Shown here one piece after another: positions 1-10,619 of a DNA stretch of 53,239 nt. A program made the translations under genes and the position numbers. The notes beneath the pieces are model-generated. The model saw only the letters and a program-made list of their open reading frames with translations. It was not told where the DNA came from and ran no database searches. Source of the stretch: Octopus bimaculoides (lineage: Eukaryota); the NCBI RefSeq assembly GCF_001194135.2, contig NC_068986.1, forward strand, positions 39,065,942-39,119,180, read 5' to 3'. The stretch's first letter is position 1, and every line of letters begins with the position of its first letter.

Positions 1-172
1 CCCCTCCTCGGAACTTTCCAGGAAGTAATTCCTCCCCTCCTTGGAACTTTCCAGGAAGTAATTCGCCCTTCTGGAACATTCCAGGAAGTAATTCCTCCAC
101 TCGGAACTTTCTAGGAATTTGCTCTCCCCATTGGAACTTTCCAGGAAGTAATTCCTCCCCCTCCTCGGAACT
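1..172. repeat. Minisatellite, ~29-33 bp unit with core GGAACTTTCCAGGAAGTAATTC, about 5 copies, running off the window edge
   Basis: Directly visible tandem units. Confidence 0.9.
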
Positions 173-559
173 GATTGGCACTCGTACCAGTGGGACGTTA
201 AAAGCACATCTGAGCGTGATTGTTGCCAGGGCCATGGATTGGCTCCCGTGCCAGTGATATGTGAAAAGCAACATTTGAGTGTGGTCATTGCCAGTGCCAC
301 CAGACTGGCTCCCATGCAGGTAGCACGTAAAAACACCTTTTGAGTGTGGTCGTTGTCAGAACCGCCTGACTGGCCCTCGTGCCAGTGGCACGTAAAAAGC
401 ACCCACCACACTCTTGGAAATGGTTGGCGTTAGGAAGGGCATTCAGCTGTAGAAACTTTGCCAGACCAGATAAAGCCTGCTGCAGCCTCTGACTCATCAG
501 TCCTAGTGAAACCGTCCAACCCATGCCAGCATGGAAAGCAGACATTAAGTGATGATGAT
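173..559 (+). mobile_element. RTE-associated 3' UTR / SINE tail with internal ~65-bp repeats and (GAT)n end
   Basis: Same tail follows the RTE ORF at 2590-2920 and recurs at 24131, 25864 and 34713. Confidence 0.8.
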
Positions 560-582
560 ATATACATACATATATATATATG

Positions 583-878
583 CTAAGACCCCTTCGGTCA
601 TGACTGACCATGGGATTGCACATAAAGTTACCCTTCCAGGCAAGGTTGTTTATGGAAGACCAGCAGTCGCCCATGCAAACCACCCTTCACTCTCCATGCC
701 ACCAATGTTACACAAGGGAAAGGCAAAGGCTGATACAGCAACTCATTTCTACAGCTGAGTGAAGTGGAGCAACGTGAAATAAGTGTCTTGCTCAAGAACA
801 CAACATGCAGCTCAGTCCGGGATTGAAACTCACCTTATGATCGTAAGCTCGACGCTCTAACCACTGAGACATGCGCCT

Positions 879-882
<4 letters not shown>
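583..882 (-). mobile_element. tRNA-derived SINE
   Basis: Minus-strand head GGCGCATGTCTCAGTGGTTAGAGCG...GTTTCAATCCC (A and B boxes) followed by TTGAGCAAGACACT core; related copies at 22718 and 33470. Confidence 0.8.
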
Positions 883-932
<50 letters not shown>

Positions 933-955
933 TATATATACATACAGACCCAAAC

Positions 956-986
<31 letters not shown>

Positions 987-1030
987 TATATATACATACA
1001 GACCCAAACATATATACATACATACCTACA
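883..1030. repeat. (TA)n/(CA)n compound microsatellite with a duplicated CATACAGACCCAAACATATA unit
   Basis: Visible directly. Confidence 0.9.
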
Positions 1031-1069
1031 AGTTTATGCACACATATTACACATGTACATATAAAGTCT

Positions 1070-1149
1070 GCCCGCATAGCTCAGTTGGTAGAGCATCATA
1101 CTCATATAGATCAATCTGAGGTCCACAGGGTGAAGTCCCTCTGCAGGTG
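1070..1149 (+). pseudogene. tRNA-Lys-like pseudogene with CAT at the anticodon position and a 7-nt insertion after position 37
   Basis: GCCCGCATAGCTCAGTTGGTAGAGCATCA...AATCTGAGGTCC..AGGG..AAGTCCCT closely follows the eukaryotic tRNA-Lys(UUU) body; T-loop damaged. Confidence 0.65.
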
Positions 1150-1179
1150 TCTGTTATATTCTACCTTACTCTTTGCTAC

Positions 1180-2920
1180 AATTATAATTTCGTCTGAGCT
1201 TTTGCAACCAGTTCATATCTGACCATTTGTTTCTGCCAGGTAGTAGCACCGCTGATGTTACATTTCTGGTACAGCAACTGCAGGAGAAATACCTGGCCAG
1301 AGATAAACCTCTATACTTGTCTTCTGTTGATTTCGAGAAAGGCTTTGACAGGGTGCGGAAATTGGGGATTGACAAGTGGTTAATAAGAGCTGTACAGGGA
1401 TGCCATTAGTAAGGTAATGGCCGGCAAAGACTAGAGCGAAGAATTCTGTGTAGAAGTAGGGCTTCACATAATATAACCACCCCTCTGATCCATCATAGTC
1501 CTCCAGGCAATAACAGGAAATCAAGACGGGCTGCTCCTGGGAGCTCTTCTATGCTGATGACCTTGCTCTCATAACAGAATTACTACCAGAACCAGAGAAG
1601 TTTCAGGTGTGGAAGCAAGGTTTAGAATCAAAGGGCCTTAGAGTCAATGTTGGAAAAATCAAAGTCCTAGTAAGTATGAAGGTAAACACATCACAAACCC
1701 CTTCAAATAGATGGCCCTGTTCGACCTGCAGAAAAGGTGTAGGTAGAAACTCTGTAAGATGTACCCAGTGTAAGCTATGGACACATAAGTGCAGCAACAT
1801 CAAAGGAAAGGTAACTGGGAAGATAGCTTTTGTGTGCGGCTGATTCACAGGGACAATAAACATTACAGATGCTCAGAAAATTGATTCCATCATATGCCAG
1901 GGGAAGAAACTAGCAGTAGTTGATAGCTCCAGCTACCTAGATGACCAAGTGTGTAGTGGGAGTGGATGCTCAGAGAGCATTACCACTAATGCAAAATTCA
2001 GACAGCTCCTACTTCTACTGGTGACAAAGGGCCTCTCACTCAGAATGGAAGGTAGATTGTATGATGCATGTGTGTTGACATGCTACATGGCAGTGAAAAA
2101 CGAGCCATGACTGTTGAAGACATGCGTAGGCTTGAAAGGAATGAAGCTAGTATGATCCGCTGGATATGTAATGTCAGTGTGCACACATGACTGAGTGTAA
2201 GCATTCTGAGAGAAATGTTGGACATAAGAAGCATCTGATGTGGTGTGCAAGAGAGATGACTGTGCTGGTATGGTCATGTGCTAAGTATGGATGAGGAGAA
2301 CTGTCTGAAGAAGTGTTACTCCCTAACAGTGGAAGGAACTCATGGAAGAGAGAGACCCAGGAAGACATGGAATTAGATGGTGAAGAATGAACTTTGAACG
2401 TTGACAAAAGACCAAGACCTCTGGAGATATGCTGTGATTGAGAAGATTCGGCAAGGAAAGTGAGATCGCAGCTGTAGCCTACACCAGTGTCACATAACCA
2501 AACCATTTAAAAAGTACCTTTGAATTGTTGGGCAACACTGTGTTTGAGGAGACCTATCGAGTCAAGCAAATCAAAATGAAATGGAAATTGTAGTTGTGGC
2601 CATTACCAATGCTGGTGGCACACGATAAGTACCATCCATTCATGCATGGGTTGTTGCCAGAGCCACCTGACTAGCTCCCCGTAAAAAGCACCATCCAAAC
2701 ATGACCGATGTCAGTGCCACCTGACTGGCCCTTGTACTGGTGGCACGTAAAAAGCACCCACTACACTCAGAGTGGTTGGTGTTAGGAAGGGCATCCAGCT
2801 GTAGAAACATTGCCAGATCAGAGTGGAGCCTGGTGTGGTGTCCTGGCTTGCGAGTCTCCAGTCAAACCGTCCAATCCATGCCAGTATGGAAAAGGGATGT
2901 TAAATGATGATGATGATGAT
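1180..2920 (+). mobile_element. 5'-truncated, degenerate RTE-clade LINE (RT to 3' UTR and GAT tail)
   Basis: QQLQEKYLARDKPLY..VDFEKGFDRV, LLYADDL, WKQGLESKGLRVNVGK; frameshifts and stops. Confidence 0.9.
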
Positions 2921-3429
2921 ATACATACATACATATATATAGTAGTATGTACTTATTTCAATAAAAATTTTTAGAAATTCATTTATTTAGTTCATACATT
3001 AAATGTGAAACTAGTTTTGTATTAACCACGCTGACCTTAGGATAGACTTGATTTATCTTGCTCGCCCTAATCTTTTGCATACCAAGGAGAAATGCCCTCA
3101 TTTTATTTAAAAACAACAGCCATTAAACATGCATGGAGTTTGGTTTTTAACTGCTCTTCTCCCCTCTCTATATCTTTATACACACACAGAATTTGCTGTT
3201 ATCGGCCCAGTGACAGATTAGAAATGTGTTTGAATATGAACAAAGAAGCAGGACTTCTCTCTCTTACTATATGCATACGTATGTGTGTGTGTGTGTATGT
3301 TCCTGTAAAGTCACTGAATTAAGTAAGGTTTTTTTTTGGGGGGGGGGGACTGAAACAAAAAAATGTACATGTATTCCAAATCCTGTGTTGAATAGTAGAA
3401 GACTAAGGAAAAGAAAACAGAAGGCAAAA

Positions 3430-6400
3430 AAGATTTCCACAAAACAACATTTATTAAAATAACGACAAACCATACCACTGTGAGCTTTGACCACTGGGTT
3501 TAGCCCTCCGCAACGTACAGTGATAAACCATTGAGATTGGTAGAGAGAATAGAGTTGTAGTTATACCTAAGTATACTGTCAGAGCAACAGTTGGGTTTGG
3601 GCTTATTTTTCCCTGATTAAAAGTTCTTGAAATGAAAGGGAAGAAGATTGAAGTAGAAGAAAAAAAAATGAGTTGCCCTTCTCTCCCCTAAAATATATAG
3701 TGGCTACATTAGCCAGGGGAATAGTTGAGAGCTGAAATTGAAGCAGTGGGTGCTAGAATATTGTCATAGAATGTCTTATATTAAATGATATTTAATATAA
3801 GATGCACCAGAGAGATGTCATCCTCACTTCAGCTCGTGGGCATAGGGCAAGAAAGGGATAGTTTGTTCATACCTTAGAGTAAGATGAAGCTGATTACGAT
3901 GCACAGTACACACACACTCTCTGTCTATAGATATAACTATTTTTTTTTTAACATCAATAATTTTGCTGTTTCACTAAAACTAAAAGCAAATATATTTTGT
4001 TTTGATAAAATAACACATGCTTGAAGAAAAAAAAAATATATATATATATATATATGTATATATATGTATGTGTGTGTGTATATAGATATATATACATATA
4101 TATTGACAAAAAGAGGGGAAGAAAAACAAAAAAGAGAAAATGTATTGCAATGTTAATATTGGTCTGTTTTAGTAAATCATTAGAGTCCCAAGAAAGAGGA
4201 AAAGGTTAAGAAACCAACCAAGTAAGTGAACAAAAATTCCAAAGAATAAACGACCATTTATATTTACTTATACAGCTGTGTACACTGCACAGAAGAGAAG
4301 AGGAGAAAGCAATTATTTGCCTCAATATAGTTAAGTAATGAAGCCACACTTCAGTTCATGCAAAGCCTAATTAAGAGCATAGACAAATTATTATGTTAGG
4401 GAAGAAGAAAAGAAAAAAAAGTGGCCTTAATGTGTTTTGTTTGTATTTCTGAACAAAAACCATCATAAAACAAGAACTAGCAAATATTTTACATATCAAG
4501 AAAACTTAATGTAATGGGATTGTTTCGAAAAAGATAAAAAGAAAGAAAGAAAAAAAAAGTTGAACATGTGACACTAAGTCAAACTGAATTGAATTCAATA
4601 ATATGAAGGGTGAGCTGATCAAATATAAACCTACTTTTCTAGAATGGCAATGTTTTAAAGCTAAAAAGCAGTTTTTGAAGCAGCATATAATAGCTGAATG
4701 AAAACAGCTTTAGTATTGCAATTCTTATACATGATTGGCAATGTCAAAAGGTAATGAATAGAACCTACAATCAATAAGACCTTTTTTAAGGAAACACAAT
4801 CCAAGAGATGTATTTGCATGTATTAATAGAAATATTTCATTGCTAGATTATTTTTTTTAGCCAAAACTTAATGCAAACTTCTAGATTTTACAGATTTCTC
4901 TTGAATAAATGTCTTTCAACAAAATAAAAAAAATAAAAAATTATGTCCAATTCATCAACTAAATGAGAATAACGTTAAAAAATTCAAATATTTCAGAATA
5001 ATTAGTGGTCACATCTGAAGTTGGATGTCCACAAAATAACCATATTTAAATGCGTCTATGTTATAGGATAAAAATTGAGGATTGCCACAACCAGCAAATT
5101 TTAAATTGTTGTGGAAAGTGACACTAATCATATCCATTTCAGAGAACAAATTCGAGAGTATCTTGTCAAACAGCACAAAAAGCAAATATTGAAACTCAAA
5201 TATTTAGAGTTTAGGTGTGTGTGTGTGTGTAATATGCAACTACCTATAGCTCACCCTCTCAAATGAAAGCATTGACTCTTTAAATGGCCATTAGAAAACA
5301 ATATTAAAAAAAATTGAAACAGAAGTTATATTGCCAAGAAATCCAGAATTAGAAATAATAAAAGGGGAGAAAGAAAAACAATATTAGGGAAGAAGTGTGA
5401 AATAGAGTCATATTTTTTAACTTCGATCATAATTCTCTTCGGACATCTCCGATGCCACCTTACAAAAAGGTGTCTAGAGATAAGCATAGTCTTTTAATAT
5501 AATATTTTTCAAATAATCCATTTTCATCATCATTCTTTGCACTAATTACTCTGGAGTGGAACCCATACATTACATAAAGGTGAAAGAAAAATATATAGGT
5601 TGAAAATTAAAATGAATTTAAGGAAAAAAATGAAGGACATTCTAACAAAACAAAAACACTACAGCTTCCAACTACAATGTTAAAAGCTTCAGCTTTTTTA
5701 CCATTATATATCTACATTTAGGATTAACAAAAAGTTAATTTTACTATTAGGCAAGTACAGTACATATTATTTAAAGACAAGTAAAATGAAATAAGAGTCA
5801 GTTCAATTTAAAAGAATTAAAAAAATGTTTTTTTAAAAAAAACTTAAGACTCACACTAATAATTTTTTTTTTTTTTTAAAGCTACAAAGTTTGTCCAAAC
5901 TTAATCCAGACCACATAGAAAAAGAAGGAACTGGTTAGCATTATTATTATTTGATAGTTTTCATACTTTAGACAATTTAGCAAAAGTTTACATAATGGGA
6001 AGGGAGAAAAGAAAAAATAAAGTTGAAATAAAATCAATTCTTGCTACTTCTGATTCAGCATAATTTGCTAATTTGACATTAACTCTTATGAGTGATGTCA
6101 CTAGACATTAAATTTCATTAGAGTAAGGTTAGGATATTTATTACAATTGAAAATAATAAAGATACTCAGCATGGCATTATAATGCCAGTCCAATGCTTGA
6201 CCAACAAGATTTGTTGGTAGCAAATTCAATATTTCTCAGTAAAGTTTTGTTATCTTTCATTAAAAAAAAAAAAGAAAAAGTTTAAAAAAACTCATAACTT
6301 CCTTTTCAATTCGTATTTGAAATCTACATTCTCAAGCCATAATGTTAAGCCAAAATCACTGAATCATGAAAAAGACAGCAACATATGGTGAGGTAAAAGT

Positions 6401-8657
6401 ACACACATGGGTGCATTTTGCAAAGTTTACAGCTTTGATGCTTGAAGTAACCAAGTTAAGTTTAATTTAAGAGTTAGAGACTCATAGTCTGCCTCTTGGT
6501 TTTGTCAAATCTGTGGGGAAAAGAAAATAAGGACACCATTTTGTAAGGATCCTTTTAATATTACTAAACTACAGCAGTTATCTTAAGCGTTTTCCCTTGC
6601 ATTCAATTTTTTTTTTAATGTTAAATATTTTTTGTCATACCTTTTAAAGCTACTGGGACAACAGGATGCATTTTAGAAATTATTTTTTCCCCTGTTTACA
6701 AACCAAAAATGTTTTTTCTAAAAAGGTCACTAGTCGATCCAATATATATATTTTTTTCACATGACAGCAAAATAAAGTTTGAGAACTGAACCTCACAAAA
6801 ACGTTCTTCAATTTTTTTTTTCTTTCCTATTGAGGCCATGAATATTTCAGTTACTTTATGTTGCATCAAGAAACTGGTACCTTAAGTATCCAATAATTCA
6901 GCATTTAAGACAATAGAATTTAAGATGCTTGATCATAAAAAGGTGAGAAAAGTTCATCCAATGATATGTTTTACAAACATATCATAATTATGTAAAATGG
7001 CTTATTTACCTTAAATTGATATAGTTTCATCAAATGTCAGTCACTAAATTCTATTGGGAAGCTGATTTGTCAATCTGGTATAGGAAACTGAATTGCACTT
7101 GTTTTTGGTGCAAATCAAGATAAAGAATGATTGCTTATTTGAAGCAAGTGTGTTTATTGTCATTTGTTTTAATGTTATATTAGTCTAGTCAGCATCTGAT
7201 GCAATATCAACTGTGAATTATAAAAGTTTATGGAATATGATTTTGCAGCCATCAATTGGCTGTTGGTCACAAGTTGGTGCATAGTTAGGCTAATAAATCA
7301 GTTTTTGTTTTGTAGGAACAGATATAAGTCTATATTTCCTCCCTACCAAGTAGTGCTAACGAGACTTGACAGACAAACCTGAATATATCAATTAGAACTG
7401 AAATCATTAAGCACTTTGTCCCAGCTGTCTGATTTTAAAAATGTAAAGTAAAGCAACTCACAAAGACAAATATTTAGTTCTAGTAGATAGAAGTGGAAAT
7501 AGGACAATAATGAAATTATCGAAGAAATTAAAAGAAAATAACAACAAAAAAAATCAAATCATATATAATGAACACAAAATAAAAGGCATTATGTGCATCC
7601 TGTTAAGTCCAACATTATATGTTGTAGATACATGAAGACAGAGTGAGAAATTAAAAATAATAAAAAAATAAGATGTCATGGTAGCTAACTAGACCTACAC
7701 ATGATTTTAAGATAAATCTAGTTAAAACTGGATACAAAGTAACTTGCCATGAAAACTCACTTATTTTTTGCAATCAGGAATAATTCAATATGATCTAAAG
7801 AGCATCAGGTTTAGTTGGGATAAAAAATAAAAAGGAAAGAGCACAATATATTCAGTGATTGTGTTTTCTGATTTGTTCTGTTTTTTGAAACCAAGCGTCC
7901 ATAGACCAGGCCCACGTCTGGCAAGGGCACCTTTCAAGTTTCCCATCTAATGACTTAATCCATAGTAACATTAGGGTTACGTTAGAAACTCAAATAAGTC
8001 CTTTGTTTAAGAGAACATCTGCGGTTGGAGGTGAATTCTGTTATTGGTATAATGTTTATCATTTAAAACAGATTTTTCAAAAGAGAGAGAGCAAGTGGGG
8101 CTGGAAAAAAAAAAAAAAAAGTTTTTTTTCAGTAATACTTTCAGGTGCCTGAAAAGTTGGTTAATTATTTCAAGAGGCAGTACTTGCTTAATAACTATTG
8201 ACTGCCCTCGCAGCGGAAGCTCGCAGTGATAGCCAAGTCTCATTATCACCACTCGATCATGGCTGCTGTTGTCGTAGTCGTAGTACTAATAGTAGTAGCA
8301 CAGCCCATCTTGCATATCGTAGTCACTGACACAGGCATCATCATTCTTTGTTNNNNNNNNNNNNNNNNNNNNNNNNNNNNNNNNNNNNNNNNNNNNNNNN
8401 NNNNNNNNNNNNNNNNNNNNNNNNNNNNNNNNNNNNNNNNNNNNNNNNNNNNNNNNNNNNNNNNNNNNNNNNNNNNNNNNNNNNNNNNNNNNNNNNNNNN
8501 NNNNNNNNNNNNNNNNNNNNNNNNNNNNNNNNNNNNNNNNNNNNNNNNNNNNNNNNNNNNNNNNNNNNNNNNNNNNNNNNNNNNNNNNNNNNNNNNNNNN
8601 NNNNNNNNNNNNNNNNNNNNNNNNNNNNNNNNNNNNNNNNNNNNNNNNNNNNNNNNN
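3430..8657 (-). other. Putative terminal exon / long 3' UTR of FAM120A
   Basis: Polypyrimidine tract at 8660-8685 (minus) runs into the N gap; no recognisable repeats; U-rich on the minus strand; AATAAA (minus) at 3450-3455 with a downstream U-rich element. Confidence 0.5.
8353..8657. other. Assembly gap (other gaps: 11973-11982, 15625-15726, 26200-26329, 43435-43669)
   Basis: Runs of N. Confidence 1.
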
Positions 8658-9135
8658 GCAGTACGAGAGAGAAAAGAAAGAGTGAACTTTAGCTGATTGT
8701 TTTGGCTCCATAAATGGAACATGAACAAATTTTGGCTTTCTAATGAATCAGTCAGATAGTCCAATGAACGAAAACTCCAAATAGCAACATATTGAGTTAC
8801 CAAGGATTCCAATGTATGATACAGTATATCTTCACAAACAAGTGCAGATGTCAACTGGATAGTCATGCATGCACAAAAAGCATGCAAAAGCACTAATCAG
8901 CTAATCTAATCCAGTTCAACTTCTTTATGCACTAAATTTCAAAACATTTTTCAAATATTATCTAAACAAAATAATGGCATTTTTTTGTTTTTTGCATTCT
9001 TGTCTCTCCTGATCAGTTTAGATTAAACTCTCAGAATGATTATGATCTGAAGAATATACTTTTAGGCATAAAATATTTGTAAATGAATGAGTTTTTGTTA
9101 CAAATGGACTATAAACAGGTGTCTGGTAAAACATG

Positions 9136-9175
<40 letters not shown>

Positions 9176-9371
9176 CACGAGACAATAAGGTTTTGGCTCA
9201 GCTAGAATAAATCAGTAAATTACAACTAAATAAACATGTAATTAACAAAGATACTGCAATTGCAATTCAGTCTTGATAAAATTATCTATCAATAATTGGA
9301 TTTTAAAAAATTGGGTTATCTTTTCAAGCAACAAATGTTACAATAAGCCATCTGATACAGATGGCACTTAC

Positions 9372-9534
9372 CTCTGAAGATTGTCTTTCATTGGGAGCAT
9401 TATGGACAAGTTAAACACGGCAGAGTGAACGTTACCATTTATAACTCAACTCATACAGCAACGGACTTAACAATTGTCAAGTTTACAATACTAGACGCTA
9501 TCCAGCGAAGAGTTGGTTCACACTATATAGTATC
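9372..9534 (-). other. Candidate alternative or 3' exon (EILYSVNQLFAG*, stop 9498-9500) with consensus splice sites
   Basis: TTTTATTCTTAG| ... CAGAG|GTAAGT; phase-compatible with the exon 16 donor. Confidence 0.55.
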
Positions 9535-10330
9535 CTAAGAATAAAATAGTACCTAGAATGTCATCCTGTTGTAATAAGCTAGCAATTACTATGTACTTTA
9601 TAAATGAACTATTTTAAAATTCAAATATATGACTGTGAAATATCCAGAAGAGTGATTGAAAACTACCTATTTTAATTGAATGTTATTTATGTGTAGAGCA
9701 AGTGTTGATATAATGAATTTTGAAAATTCAAGGAAACAAACTTGAAAATCTGCTTCATGTAAGACATATAATACAACCTGCATAAATTCATTAAAAAGTG
9801 ATTAATTTTAACATACTGAGACATGCTAGTATTATTGCTATTAAGATCTTTTTAAAAATCATTCAATACAAGTTTTTTTTATCAAGAACAGAAAGGAAAA
9901 AAAAAAAAGAAAAAGAAAAAAGCAATTGCAAATATCGAAAAATCTCAAAAGAAAAAGTAATGTTATTTTAGTGGTGATGATTGCAAATTTTTAAAATGTG
10001 TACACACATCCACTCATGTATATACACACACACACACCCATACACACATAAAAAAAAACAATGATGCTAATTACTAATGAGTAACAAAATTTACTAAAAA
10101 ATGTTTTGTTCAGCCAATTAATGAATGAGAAACAAAAAAAGAGCAAACCAAAAAGCTAAAATAATTTAAATGAATAAATAATTTTTTTCTTTTCATGTTT
10201 TACCAATAATGATTTGAGTAAAATATATATGTATATATATAAAAAATGGACAAACACAATGGAATGATGTGGACACCGGACATTTCTGCTGTCACAGGAA
10301 CCAGGGTTAAAACAGGCTTGAGTTGGAAAG

Positions 10331-10619
10331 CTAAGCCTTTGCCATGACTATAGTCTCCGTTGAAGAGGGGCCATTATTAGTTTGTTCCTTTTTGGTTGAG
10401 ACAGAGTTGGTTTCATTGGAGTCATGGTTGCTGTTGTTGTTATTATTGGTGCTGTTGTTGTTGTTGTTATTATTGTTGTTGACACCACCAGCTTTTCTGT
10501 CTTTGTTGCTTATTGCACTATTTGAATTGACCTTCTCATCAGCATTAGCATATTTACCAGTTTTATCACTTTCAGAGTTGGATAAAAATTGAGACATATT
10601 TACTACAGAAGAGCCAGTC
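10331..10619 (-). CDS. FAM120A: FAM120A exon 17 (Asn/Ser-rich C-terminus, stop TAG at 10331-10333)
   Basis: TATACCAG|G ACT GGC TCT...; in frame after exon 16 and contains a poly-Asn tract. Confidence 0.75.

Noticed and set aside
1-172. CRISPR-like repeat array
   Set aside because: No unique spacers, eukaryotic context and no cas genes; it is a minisatellite.
835-1119. YIYI/HTHT-rich ORFs, also at 4021, 25976-26504, 38162-38626 and 41403-41931
   Set aside because: Translations of TA/CA microsatellites or N gaps.
9136-9175. A40 tract as the tail of a processed pseudogene
   Set aside because: No upstream retroposed body or TSD seen, and A-runs are common throughout this sequence.
10344-10592. 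Leu-rich plus-strand ORF resembling a membrane protein
   Set aside because: Antisense shadow of the poly-Asn exon 17.
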